From assembly GCA_036274475.1 (NCBI GenBank), contig DASUFO010000022.1:56295-120294 (forward strand): a stretch of DNA of 64,000 bases, in the 5' to 3' direction. Of this stretch, positions 30,851 to 39,886 are shown one piece after another. The notes below the pieces were generated by a model. The model saw only the letters and a list, made by a program, of their open reading frames with translations, did no database searches and had not been told where the DNA came from. The stretch's first letter is position 1; every line of letters begins with the position of its first letter. Source of the DNA: Candidatus Limnocylindrales bacterium (GTDB lineage: Bacteria; Chloroflexota; Limnocylindria; Limnocylindrales; CSP1-4). The position numbers and the translations under genes are program-made.

Positions 30851-31182
30851 GGCCGCTCGCCAAGGGCGACGAGCACGACCTGGGGCAGCGTCGAGAGCCA
30901 GTCGATCGCCCGGTGCGGGTCGCCGATCGAGCGCGCCTCGTGGCTCACGCGGGCGATGGCGGCGCCGCGGGCTTCATCCAGCGCCTCGGTGCCGCGGGCC
31001 GCCTCGACCTCCGCCAGCCGCGACTGCCATGCCTCGGACAGGTCCTGGACGTATTGCCACTCGTCCTCGACGTCTTCGCCGAGCGCCGCCAGCGCATCGA
31101 GACCGTCGACCGCGATGGCGACTGCGTCGGCAACCGTCGTCGGGAGTGTTAGGCCCTCAGCGGCAGGAACGTCCGGCTGCAC
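30847..31182 (-). CDS. Small acidic helical hypothetical protein (111 aa)
   Basis: GTG at 31182, 10 nt after the upstream stop. The coding-like part of listed ORF 30847..31377 begins at VQPDVPAAEG. It ends in an ATGA overlap with the next gene. Confidence 0.55.
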   Translation of the reverse strand: MQPDVPAAEGLTLPTTVADAVAIAVDGLDALAALGEDVEDEWQYVQDLSEAWQSRLAEVEAARGTEALDEARGAAIARVSHEARSIGDPHRAIDWLSTLPQVVLVALGERP

Positions 31183-31192
31183 GCCGGCAAGA

Positions 31193-31498
31193 CTAGCGCG
31201 CCGGTGCGGACCTCCGCCGGAGGACCCACGATCGCGCCGGCGTGTCGCCGTCGATGGCGCGGTCGGCGCGCCCCAGCAGCCCGACGAGGGCTTTTCGGCC
31301 GGACGCGTCCCAGGCCTTCGAGTAGGCGTCCGTCGCCGCCCGCCGGATCGCAGCGGCCTCAGCCCGCGCGCCGACACCCTCGAGGCGTTCGACGCGCTCG
31401 AGGATCTGGCGGTACAGCCCGGGCAGCTCGTCAGCGGGGGATGCGGCCGCAGCTCCGGCGTCGGGAATCGCCGGGGCTGGCAGCGTCCGAGTTTCCAT
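31193..31498 (-). CDS. Small helical hypothetical protein (101 aa)
   Basis: Internal ATG at 31498 (METRTLPAP..), with in-frame GTGs at 31504 and 31510 as alternatives. High GC3. First gene of the five-gene operon. Confidence 0.55.
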   Translation of the reverse strand: METRTLPAPAIPDAGAAAASPADELPGLYRQILERVERLEGVGARAEAAAIRRAATDAYSKAWDASGRKALVGLLGRADRAIDGDTPARSWVLRRRSAPAR

Positions 31499-31644
31499 CA
31501 CGATCACGATGCCGCCAGTCCCGACGACCGGGAATAGGCCGCTCGTTCCGGGCGCTCGGCCGATGGTCCGCCCGCTTTCCCGTTCAAACGGACGACACGG
31601 CACGCCACGCGCAGGTCGCGGTGCCCCGCGGCAACGGCCCCGGT

Positions 31645-31944
31645 TCAGTCGCCGCGGTGGCCGCCCGACCTCACCGAGAACTCCTCGAATGACCCGGTCG
31701 CGGGCATCTCGACCGCGGACACCCGTTCGACGACCGCCGATGGCGGGCCCGTCTCGAGGGCGGCCCGGAACGCGGCGATCTCCGCCGAAGGGCCCTCCGC
31801 GACGACCCGGACGGACCCGTCGAACTCGTTCGCCACCCAGCCGGTGAGCTCGCGGCGGTGCGCCTCGCGCATCACGAACCAGCGGAACCCCACGCCCTGG
31901 ACGACGCCTCGGATCGAGGCTTCGAGGCGGACGGGGCCGGACAC
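31645..31944 (-). CDS. acyP: Acylphosphatase
   Basis: GTG at 31944, directly after the holB stop. Motif: IRGVVQGVGFRWFV...GWVAN..DGSVRVVAEG. Confidence 0.85.
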   Translation of the reverse strand: MSGPVRLEASIRGVVQGVGFRWFVMREAHRRELTGWVANEFDGSVRVVAEGPSAEIAAFRAALETGPPSAVVERVSAVEMPATGSFEEFSVRSGGHRGD

Positions 31945-31945
31945 G

Positions 31946-33187
31946 TCAGGCCGCGGCCGCGGGCCGCGGCCAGGCGACGAGCAGCGAGTCCACGACGAGC
32001 TCCGGGCTGACGTTGGACTCGAGCAGCTCCGCGGAACGGGCGAGCCGGATCGCGAACGCTCGGAGACGATCGGGCGGGATCGGCGGAGCGGCGCGGTAGT
32101 CGTCGAGGAGCGCCGGATCGCGCAGGCGGCCCTCCTCGCCGAGCGTGACGAGCAACAGGTCACGGGCAACATCGCGCCAGATGTCGACGAGCGCCGCGGC
32201 CGCCCGGCGACGCTCAGAGGCGGGTGCACGAACCGCGGCGGCGGTCTCGTCGTCGCCCCCGTCAGGCGCATCCGCGTCGCTCGCTCCGTCGGCGGAGGGG
32301 TCGGCGGACGTCGCGCGCGCGCTCGGACGTTTCGGGCTCCTGCGCCTGCTCCCCACCGTTTCCTCGCCGCCCGAAGCGCCCGTCGCGACGATCGCGGCGC
32401 CGGTGTCGAGGGCGACGACGAGGTCCGCCGCACGGCCGAGCAGCTCGCGGCCGACCGTCAGTCTCCGCGACGCGCGCGCCGACGCGAGATCGAGAAGCGT
32501 CCGGGCGATCTCGTCGCGCGCCGTAACCGCATCCGGCGACACCGCAAGGGCCAGGGCCGCACCCGGCCGGCCCGTCGCCAGGCGCGCCAACCGGCTCGCG
32601 CGGGGAGCGTCCGCGACCCCGGCATCCTCGAGCATCGCCTCGATCTCTCGGACGGCGACCGGCCCCAATCGAACCCGGACGCACCGGGACATCACCGTTG
32701 GCAGCAGCAGGTCGTCGCGATCGGCGCAGAGGACGATCGTGACGCCGGGCGGCGGTTCCTCGAGCAGCTTCAAGAGTGCGGACTGGGCATCCTCGTTCAG
32801 CCGATCGGCGCGCTCGACGATTGCGACACGCCGGCCACCCTCGACGGGCAGCAGCGCGAGGTCGGCGATCAACCGCCGAACCGTGCCGGGCTCGGGGTTT
32901 CCCCGGTCACCGATCCGGACCTGCAGGCCCGGCCCCGACGGCGCGAGTCGATGCACGTCGGCGTGCGTCCCGTGGGCGACGAGCCGGCAGCCGCGGCACT
33001 CGCGGCACGGCCGGTCCGCCGGGTCGGGCGCCTCGCACAGCAGTCCCGCCGCGAGGTCGAGCGCGAGCGTCGTCTTGCCGGAACCGGGAGCTCCGGCCAT
33101 GACGATCGCGTGCGGCGGCCGCCCACCGACCATCGCCTGAACGGCGGCGGTCGCGGCCGGATGGCCGCGGGTCAGCAGCCGGCCCAC
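31946..33187 (-). CDS. holB: DNA polymerase III subunit delta prime
   Basis: Motifs: HAIVMAGAPGSGKTTLA, zinc module CRECRGCRLVAHGTHADV, and a box VII-like SRCVRVRL. The start is taken as the GTG at 33187 and is uncertain. Confidence 0.85.
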   Translation of the reverse strand: MGRLLTRGHPAATAAVQAMVGGRPPHAIVMAGAPGSGKTTLALDLAAGLLCEAPDPADRPCRECRGCRLVAHGTHADVHRLAPSGPGLQVRIGDRGNPEPGTVRRLIADLALLPVEGGRRVAIVERADRLNEDAQSALLKLLEEPPPGVTIVLCADRDDLLLPTVMSRCVRVRLGPVAVREIEAMLEDAGVADAPRASRLARLATGRPGAALALAVSPDAVTARDEIARTLLDLASARASRRLTVGRELLGRAADLVVALDTGAAIVATGASGGEETVGSRRRSPKRPSARATSADPSADGASDADAPDGGDDETAAAVRAPASERRRAAAALVDIWRDVARDLLLVTLGEEGRLRDPALLDDYRAAPPIPPDRLRAFAIRLARSAELLESNVSPELVVDSLLVAWPRPAAAA

Positions 33188-33218
33188 GGCCCGGTGCCGC
33201 GCAACCCGAACCGAGCGG

Positions 33219-35141
33219 TCAGGTCGGCTCGGCCGGTTCGGCCTTCTTCCGGGTCGCCCGGCGCTTCGGCGCCGCGGTTGCCTCGGCGTCGCCGGAACCG
33301 TCCGCGGTCGCCGCGTCAGTGGCGGCCGCCTTCGACCGGGTCGACGTCGCCCTGGTCCGCGTCGTCGTCGCCTTGGTCGTGCGGGTCGCACGCTTCTTCG
33401 GCGCGGCGGCTTCGGCCTCGCCGGCGTCGGCCCCGGGGGTCATCGCCGCGTCGGCGGCTCCGGCCTTCGCGCGCGTCGTCCGGCGCTTCGGTGCCGGCGC
33501 CTCCGCATCGACGGCCCCGATGGGCCCGGCGTCGGCGCCGCCCGATGGCGCGACCGCCTTCGTCGATGCCCGGCGGCCACGCGGCTTCGGCGTGGCCGCG
33601 ACCTCGTCAGCGACGGCGACCGCTGGCTCCGGTTCGGTCCGCGGCTCGGCGGCTGGCCGAGGTGCGGCCTTCGGAGACTGCGCCAGCTGGGCCCGGAGCA
33701 TCGCCTCGAGCTCCTCGGGCACCTCGCTCCACGGTTCGCTCGACGAGCCGCGCGGAGCGGCGGCCCGGTCCTGCCGGTCCGGCCGGTCGTGACGCGGCCC
33801 GCGATCCCCGCGGTCCCTGCCGTAGCCCTGCTGCTGGCGACCGCCACCGCCGCCGCCCCGACCGCGGTCGCCCACGTCGGGATAGCGGTTGATGCCGCCG
33901 CCACCGCCGCGGCCATACCGCTCACGCTCGATCGCCGCGCCGTACGCGCCACGGGCACCGCGACCACCGCGATTGCCCTGGCCGCCCCGGCCCCCGCGAT
34001 TGCCCTGGCCGCGTCGCTGCTCGGCAATCAGGTACTCGGGAATCTCCGGCTCATCGAACTCCTCCTCGTCGTCGCCGCCGAGCGGCGGCAGCGGCGTGGG
34101 GCGGGAGCTCGCGACACCCAGCTGCGAGTCCCAGACGGATCCGAACGGCGTGGGCTGAGGGACGCGCCGACCGGGCGCGGGAGCCGCCTCGTCGAGATCG
34201 TCCTCGAACTCGTCGCCGTCGGCTGCCGCCGGCTCACCGACACCCGCTTCCTGGTCACGGCCCCGACCGCGGCCACGACCCCGACCACCGCGCCGCCGGC
34301 GGCGCCGGCGACCGTCCGCGTCTTCGCCTGCCTCACCGCCGTCGAACGGGGTGGCCTCGACGTCTTCGTCGAGGTCTTCCGCGCCTTCGGCCGAGGCAGC
34401 CGCGGTACCCGCACGCGAGAGCTTCTCGCCGGGCAGCACTGTGAGTCCCGCGGCCGATGCCGCGGCCGCCGTTGCCGTCCCGCCGCCCCGGCTGCCGTTG
34501 CGACTCGCGGCGGCCGGCTCGGCATCGCCGCCGCGCCCGCGGCCCCGGCCGCGACCGCGACCGCGCGACGGGCCGGTGCCCTCGGTCTGCTTGTCCGGGA
34601 CCTCGGTCATCGAGAGGTCCTCTTCGCCGTCGCTCGCGACGCGCCGGCCGGAGCGCGACGAGCCCTTCTCGACGCGCGCGAGCTGCGTGATATCGGTGAA
34701 GAGGTCGGCGACGTCGATCAGATCCGACGACGTGTTGCCACGGAAGCTGATCACCTCGACCCGGACGCCCATCTCCTGGACGGCCCGGATCGCCGGCGCG
34801 AAATCGCCGTCGCCCGATACGACGATCGCCACGTCGAGGTTTCGGGCGGTCTTCATGAGGTCGACGACGAGCTCGATGTCGAGGTTGGCCTTGACCTTGC
34901 CGTCGCCGTACTTGCGGATGTCCTTGCTGACCACCTTGTAGTGGTTCCGGGCAAGGAACGAATGGAAGTTGCGCTGGTTCTCGTTTTCCGGATCGAGGCC
35001 CGTGTACGCGTACGCGCGCACGAAATCACGACCGGCAGTGGCCGACTTCAGCAGCGTGACGTAATCGATGTCCACGCCGGCCGCCTTGGCCGCGTAGAAG
35101 ATGTTCGCCACGTCGACGAAGACGGCGACGTTCTTTCCCAC
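33219..35141 (-). CDS. NYN/LabA-like (PIN-related) domain protein with a roughly 470-aa low-complexity RG-rich, acidic and Lys/Ala/Thr-rich tail
   Basis: The N-terminal 165 aa carry VAVFVDVANIFY and AIVVSGDGDFAPA. The tail has [52 protein letters not shown], and four copies of [AT]PK[KRP]R..[TR]..KA near the C-terminus. Confidence 0.85.
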   Translation of the reverse strand: MGKNVAVFVDVANIFYAAKAAGVDIDYVTLLKSATAGRDFVRAYAYTGLDPENENQRNFHSFLARNHYKVVSKDIRKYGDGKVKANLDIELVVDLMKTARNLDVAIVVSGDGDFAPAIRAVQEMGVRVEVISFRGNTSSDLIDVADLFTDITQLARVEKGSSRSGRRVASDGEEDLSMTEVPDKQTEGTGPSRGRGRGRGRGRGGDAEPAAASRNGSRGGGTATAAAASAAGLTVLPGEKLSRAGTAAASAEGAEDLDEDVEATPFDGGEAGEDADGRRRRRRRGGRGRGRGRGRDQEAGVGEPAAADGDEFEDDLDEAAPAPGRRVPQPTPFGSVWDSQLGVASSRPTPLPPLGGDDEEEFDEPEIPEYLIAEQRRGQGNRGGRGGQGNRGGRGARGAYGAAIERERYGRGGGGGINRYPDVGDRGRGGGGGGRQQQGYGRDRGDRGPRHDRPDRQDRAAAPRGSSSEPWSEVPEELEAMLRAQLAQSPKAAPRPAAEPRTEPEPAVAVADEVAATPKPRGRRASTKAVAPSGGADAGPIGAVDAEAPAPKRRTTRAKAGAADAAMTPGADAGEAEAAAPKKRATRTTKATTTRTRATSTRSKAAATDAATADGSGDAEATAAPKRRATRKKAEPAEPT

Positions 35142-35200
35142 ATTGACTCCTTGTCAGACGTACCGCGCGCCGGCGCGATCCCGCAGCTCGGCGCGCGCGC

Positions 35201-35683
35201 TCATCGGCTTCGAGACGTGCCGGCCCCGACCGCCGCCACGTGAAGCTCTGTACGCGGACCACTTTCGACGAATCCGTGCCGTTCCCAGCGGGTCCGCTCC
35301 GCTGGATCGGCTGGCAACGTCGCTTCCACAACGCTGCAGCCCTTGTTCTGCGCCGACCGGATGACCTCCTCGAGCAGGGCGTCGGTGACGCGGTCGGCGT
35401 CGTGATCAGGATCGACCACGAGGAGGTCGACCGTGCCGGCGAAGCCACCTGCGACAACCGATGGACGGAGCGCGAGGACCGCGCCGCCAACGACCTCGCG
35501 TCGGGCTTCGGCGACGAAGATGCTCGCCTGCGGGAGGTAGACCAGCTGTCGGAGCAGGTCCGCTGACCCGAGCGAACCCGCAGCGCCGGACGACCGGACG
35601 ACGTCGCCACTCAACGCGACGAGCCGTTCGATGTCCGTGATGCGGGCCGTTCGAACCAGATATTCCACGCGGGCTGACGCCAC
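35201..35683 (-). CDS. GNAT-family N-acetyltransferase
   Basis: 160 aa with the typical beta4-alpha3 region: VVGGAVLALRP..GTVDLLVVDPDHDADRVTDALLEEV. Confidence 0.75.
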   Translation of the reverse strand: MASARVEYLVRTARITDIERLVALSGDVVRSSGAAGSLGSADLLRQLVYLPQASIFVAEARREVVGGAVLALRPSVVAGGFAGTVDLLVVDPDHDADRVTDALLEEVIRSAQNKGCSVVEATLPADPAERTRWERHGFVESGPRTELHVAAVGAGTSRSR

Positions 35684-35807
35684 CTCGTAGGGCCGGACGG
35701 AGCTCGATTGCGACCTCGGCGCCGATGAAATCCCATCGGATCACGGCGGCCTCGCGGGGTGGCGAGCGGAACGCTCTGGAGCCACGCCCGGGTCGCGCCG
35801 GTCGGTG

Positions 35808-35835
35808 TTGCAATCGGTCCGCCAATGGCTATGAT
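35808..35835 (+). promoter_or_regulatory. Sigma-70-like promoter for the liv-type operon
   Basis: TTGCAA (35808-35813), a 16-nt spacer, then TATGAT (35830-35835). This predicts a leader of about 240 nt before the ATG at 36082. Confidence 0.5.
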
Positions 35836-36081
35836 ACGGCATCGCTTCGGCGGCTTCCTGCGCGCCGCCCGAGCCGGTATCCTGCGCCGTCGTCCGTCAT
35901 GCACCGCCGCTCGAGCCAGGAGTCCTCGAAACCCCTTCTCTTGAGACAGGGGACGGCTGACTCCCGGAACGGGACCCGGGCACCGGACGGGCGGGCTGGA
36001 ACCGGATCGGCTGGCCAGAGGACGCTCCGACCGAGATCGGCACGGGAGGATCCTGCCGATCGGTGATGAGGAGGACAGTGG

Positions 36082-37419
36082 ATGAACTTCCGCAAGGTTA
36101 GTGCGCTCGCGGGCGTCGCCGTCTTGGCGTTCGCCGCGTGCAGCAGCCCGGGCGCTGCGACGAACCCGCCGGCGAGTGCCGGCGGCGGGACGAGCCAGCC
36201 ACCGGCTGCCAGCGGCGGCACCGCGCCGAGCGCTCCGGCCAGCGTCGACACCTCGAAGGGCAAGGTCAAGGTCGCCGTCGGCCTGCCCTACCAGGGCAGC
36301 GAGAAGGCGGCGTCGGAGCCGATCTTCAACGGCGTCAAGCTTGCGTTCAAGGAAGCTGGCGGCGGCGCCGGCGGGTACGCGATCGAGGTCCCGGACGTCT
36401 TCGACGATGCGGTCAACGGCGCGCACGATCCGCAGACCGGCGCCCGCAACATGACCACGGTCGCCACGGATCCCGAGTTCGTCGCGTTCATCGGCCCGCT
36501 CAACTCGAGCGTCGGCGCGGCGGAGATTCCGATCAGCAACGAGGCGGGCCTGCTCCAGTGCAGCCCGGCCAACACCGCCGAGGGCCTCACGAAGCCCGAG
36601 TTCGGCGCCCTCGATGTCCGCAAGGCCAACCCGGACACGATCAACTACGTCCGCGTCGTCACGACGGACGACAACCAGGGTCCGGCCGCTGCCCGGTACA
36701 TCCTCGAGAACCTCGGCAAGAAGAACGTGTTCATCATCGATGACACCGAGACGTTCGGTGACGGCATTGCCGACAACTTCGAGAAGTACTTCGAGGAGAA
36801 CGGCGGGACCGTCGTCGATCGGCAGGGCGTGCCGAAGACCACGACCGACTATGCCCCGATCATGACCGCCGCCAAGGCCAAGAACCCGGAGGCGATCTAC
36901 TTCGGTGGCGTCACGGCGACCGGCGGCGCGCGGATCCTGAATGCCGCGATCCAGGCCGGCCTCGACGTTCCGTACGTCGGCCCGGACGGGATCTACGACG
37001 GCTCCGCCGCGACCAAGGACTCGTTCCTGAACCTGGCCGGCGCCAATGCCAAGAATTCGTACGCGACCGCAGCCGCCGTCGGCGACTTCCCCGGCCGCGA
37101 AGAGTTCGCGGCGCGCTACAAGGCCGAGTACGGCTCGGATCCGACCGGCTACAGCGCGACGGGCTATGCCTGCGCCCAGGTCGTCATCGACGCCCTGAAC
37201 CGGGCCAACCCGTCGGGTGATATGGCCGCCGTCCGTGAGGCCGTTCGTGCGGCCGCGGTCGATCCCAGCGTCACCTATACGACCGTGATCGGCGAGTTCA
37301 AGTTCGACGAGAACGGCGACACCAGCCAGAAGATCATCTCGTTCTACGCCTACGACGCCACCGGCGCCGACGGCAAGGGCGACTGGAAGTTCAAGGAGCA
37401 GATCGACTTCGCCAAGTAG
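36082..37419 (+). CDS. Branched-chain-amino-acid-type (LivJ/K family) ABC substrate-binding lipoprotein
   Basis: GAGGAGG Shine-Dalgarno site. Signal and lipobox: VLAFAACSS. Type I periplasmic-binding fold motifs: VKVAVGLPYQGS, FIGPLNSS, YFGGV. Confidence 0.88.
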   Translation: MNFRKVSALAGVAVLAFAACSSPGAATNPPASAGGGTSQPPAASGGTAPSAPASVDTSKGKVKVAVGLPYQGSEKAASEPIFNGVKLAFKEAGGGAGGYAIEVPDVFDDAVNGAHDPQTGARNMTTVATDPEFVAFIGPLNSSVGAAEIPISNEAGLLQCSPANTAEGLTKPEFGALDVRKANPDTINYVRVVTTDDNQGPAAARYILENLGKKNVFIIDDTETFGDGIADNFEKYFEENGGTVVDRQGVPKTTTDYAPIMTAAKAKNPEAIYFGGVTATGGARILNAAIQAGLDVPYVGPDGIYDGSAATKDSFLNLAGANAKNSYATAAAVGDFPGREEFAARYKAEYGSDPTGYSATGYACAQVVIDALNRANPSGDMAAVREAVRAAAVDPSVTYTTVIGEFKFDENGDTSQKIISFYAYDATGADGKGDWKFKEQIDFAK

Positions 37420-37433
37420 GCGAAGCCAATGCG

Positions 37434-37463
37434 GGGCCGGGAATCCATGGCGGTTCCCGGCCC
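37434..37463 (+). terminator. GC-rich hairpin after the binding-protein gene (attenuator or partial terminator)
   Basis: gggccgggaa (37434-37443) pairs perfectly with ttcccggccc (37454-37463) around a 10-nt loop, followed by tt. Confidence 0.45.
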
Positions 37464-37505
37464 TTCACGTAATCGGATCAGGCAGCGCCGCACGGGAGAG
37501 GGCCG

Positions 37506-38717
37506 TTGACCTCCGTCGCTTCGCCGGTCGCCTTCCAGCGTCGGGTTCCCTTTGGCGTGCGACTCCTCGCGTTCGGCGCCGTGGGCATCGCGGTCTACTG
37601 GAGCGCGCTTACCCTGTTTGCGTCGGGTGGCGCTGCCGCCGCGACTCAGCAGGTCGCGAACGCGCTCACGCTCGGCGCGATCTATGCCCTCGTCGCCCTG
37701 GGCTACACGATGGTCTACGGGATCATCGAGCTCATCAACTTCGCCCACGGCGATGTGTTCATGGTGGGCGCATTCATCGCCCTGACCTTCATGGGTGCGG
37801 GGCTCGGCATGGAGGAGGCGTTCGGGTTCGGCCTGGCGCTCGTCGGCGCGATTCTGCTGGGGCTCGCGATGGGCCTCCTGATCTCTCGCGGCTTCCTGCG
37901 GGGCAGGCGCGGCGCCACGATCGGCGTCACGGCCGTCTGCGTCGCGGTCGCGATCGGCATGGAACGCGGACTCGGCCTGACCTCGACGATTGCCAACCCG
38001 ATCGTGCTCGCGGCCACGCTCGTCATCGTCCTCGCGGTCTGCATGATCGCGATGGGCTCGCTGAACATCGGCATCGAGCGGTTCGCCTACCGGCCGCTGC
38101 GGCACGCGCCGCGCCTGGCGCCACTCATCACCGCCATCGGCGTGTCGTTCATCCTCCAGAACGTCGTCCAGATCTGGCAGGGCACCGGTGACCGCGTGCC
38201 GGCGCCGATCTTCCCGAACGCCCAGTTCGAGCTGTTCGGAGCTTCGATCCGGGTCATCGCCGTCGTCATCATCGTCGTCGCGATCATCCTGATGTACGCG
38301 CTGCAGACGTTCGTGTCCCGGACCCGCCTCGGGCGGGCGATGCGCTCGACGGCCCAGGACCAGCAGGCGGCCCAGCTGATGGGCGTCGACCTCAACCTGA
38401 CGATCGCTGCGACGTTCCTGCTCGGCGGCGCACTCGCAGGCGCGGCCGGCCTGTTCCAATGCCTGTATTTCGGCTTCGTCCGATCTGACATCGGGTTCAA
38501 CGCCGGCCTGAAGGCCTTCACCGCCGCGGTCCTGGGTGGCATCGGCAACCTCACGGGCGCCGCGATCGGCGGCTTCATCATCGGCTTCATCGAGGTCGCG
38601 GCCACCGCGCTCGGCTACACCCAGTGGTCGCAGGCGATCGTCTTCGTCGTGCTGATCGTCGTCCTCGTGTTCAGGCCGGCGGGTATCCTCGGACAGCAGG
38701 TCGGAGAGCGAGCATGA
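37506..38717 (+). CDS. livH: Branched-chain amino acid ABC permease, LivH-type, with extra internal segment
   Basis: Motifs: GYTMVYGIIELINFAHGDVFMVGAF, ERFAYRPLR. The start is uncertain (TTG at 37506 or GTG at 37557). Confidence 0.85.
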   Translation: MTSVASPVAFQRRVPFGVRLLAFGAVGIAVYWSALTLFASGGAAAATQQVANALTLGAIYALVALGYTMVYGIIELINFAHGDVFMVGAFIALTFMGAGLGMEEAFGFGLALVGAILLGLAMGLLISRGFLRGRRGATIGVTAVCVAVAIGMERGLGLTSTIANPIVLAATLVIVLAVCMIAMGSLNIGIERFAYRPLRHAPRLAPLITAIGVSFILQNVVQIWQGTGDRVPAPIFPNAQFELFGASIRVIAVVIIVVAIILMYALQTFVSRTRLGRAMRSTAQDQQAAQLMGVDLNLTIAATFLLGGALAGAAGLFQCLYFGFVRSDIGFNAGLKAFTAAVLGGIGNLTGAAIGGFIIGFIEVAATALGYTQWSQAIVFVVLIVVLVFRPAGILGQQVGERA

Positions 38718-39886
38718 CAACGACGACGGCAGCGGCCCCCGCCCGCGGCGAGCCCCGCGGCATCCGGGCGCGGATCGAGAATTTCGGCCACGAGCACCGC
38801 TCGATCACGATCATCGTCGGGATGGTGATCGTGGCGCTGATCCTGCCCGAGATCGTCAAGTACGGCCCGTTTCCTGACTTCCAGGGCCAGGCCGCCTGGA
38901 TCAACGGCTTCTCGAACGCCGGCGTCTTCGTCCTGCTGGCGCTCGGCCTGAACGTCGTCGTCGGTCTGGCCGGCCTCCTCGACCTCGGCTACGCGGCGTT
39001 CTTCGCGATCGGCGCGTACACGTATGCCTACGGCGCGTCGCCGTTCTCCGGGAACGACGGACCGTTCCTGCTGATGCTCCTCGTCGGTGCCGTTGTCGCC
39101 GCGACGTTCGGCGTCCTGCTCGGGGCCCCGACGCTCCGACTCCGGGGCGACTACCTCGCGATCGTCACGCTCGGCTTCGGCGAGATCGTCCCGATCATCT
39201 TCCTGAACTCCGAGGCGTACACGAACGGCACGAACGGCATCAGCGGCATCTACAAGCCGGACGTCCCGTTCTACGGCGAGTTCACGCTGCTGAACCCGTG
39301 GCCGTTCTACATCCTGATGGCGGTCCTCATCACGCTGACCCTGATCTTCGTGTACCGGCTCGAGGACTCCCGGGTGGGCCGGGCCTGGATGGCCATCCGC
39401 GAGGACGAGCTGGCGGCCGCGGCGAACGGCATCAACACGGTCACGACGAAGCTGCTCGCGTTCGGCCTGGGAGCCTCCACGGCCGGCCTCGCGGGCGTCT
39501 TCAACGCGGCGAAGCTCACGATCGTCAGCCCGGACCAGTTCCTGTTCGCGGTTTCGTTCACGGTGCTCGCGATGGTCGTTCTCGGCGGCATGGGCAACGC
39601 CTGGGGTGTCGCGATCGGGGCGTTCGTGATCTACACGATTCAGGCGGTCCTGCTCAAGCAGCTGAACACGTTCTTCGACAAGTTCCACGTGCCCGTCATC
39701 AGCGACATCGACTTCGTCCAGTACCAGTTCCTGCTCTACGGCCTCGCGCTCGTGCTGATGATGCTCATCAGGCCCGAAGGTCTCTTCCCCAGCCGGCGCC
39801 GGCGCCGTGAGCTGCACGCCGCGGAGGAGCTCAGTGGTGAGGACTCGCTCGGGGCGAGTCCCGAGCGTGCGGAGGAAGCCGGGTGA
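38714..39886 (+). CDS. livM: Branched-chain amino acid ABC permease, LivM-type
   Basis: The ATG at 38714 overlaps the livH stop (ATGA). Motifs: GLAGLLDLGYAAFFAIGAY, LRLRGDYLAIVTLGFGEI. Confidence 0.88.
   Translation: MTTTTAAAPARGEPRGIRARIENFGHEHRSITIIVGMVIVALILPEIVKYGPFPDFQGQAAWINGFSNAGVFVLLALGLNVVVGLAGLLDLGYAAFFAIGAYTYAYGASPFSGNDGPFLLMLLVGAVVAATFGVLLGAPTLRLRGDYLAIVTLGFGEIVPIIFLNSEAYTNGTNGISGIYKPDVPFYGEFTLLNPWPFYILMAVLITLTLIFVYRLEDSRVGRAWMAIREDELAAAANGINTVTTKLLAFGLGASTAGLAGVFNAAKLTIVSPDQFLFAVSFTVLAMVVLGGMGNAWGVAIGAFVIYTIQAVLLKQLNTFFDKFHVPVISDIDFVQYQFLLYGLALVLMMLIRPEGLFPSRRRRRELHAAEELSGEDSLGASPERAEEAG

Noticed and set aside
31844-33892. 682-aa plus-strand ORF. Similar ORFs: 33789..35243, 19853..21994, 27874..29520 and 43228..44973.
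   Set aside because: They lie opposite holB, the NYN gene, nagB, the kinase and the amidohydrolase. The translations are low-complexity and Arg-rich with no recognisable domain.
35836-36081. Known riboswitch classes (ykkC/guanidine, ydaO/c-di-AMP, T-box) in the liv leader
   Set aside because: I could not find the conserved core sequences of these classes by eye. The region is kept only as an unclassified structured leader pending a covariance-model search.
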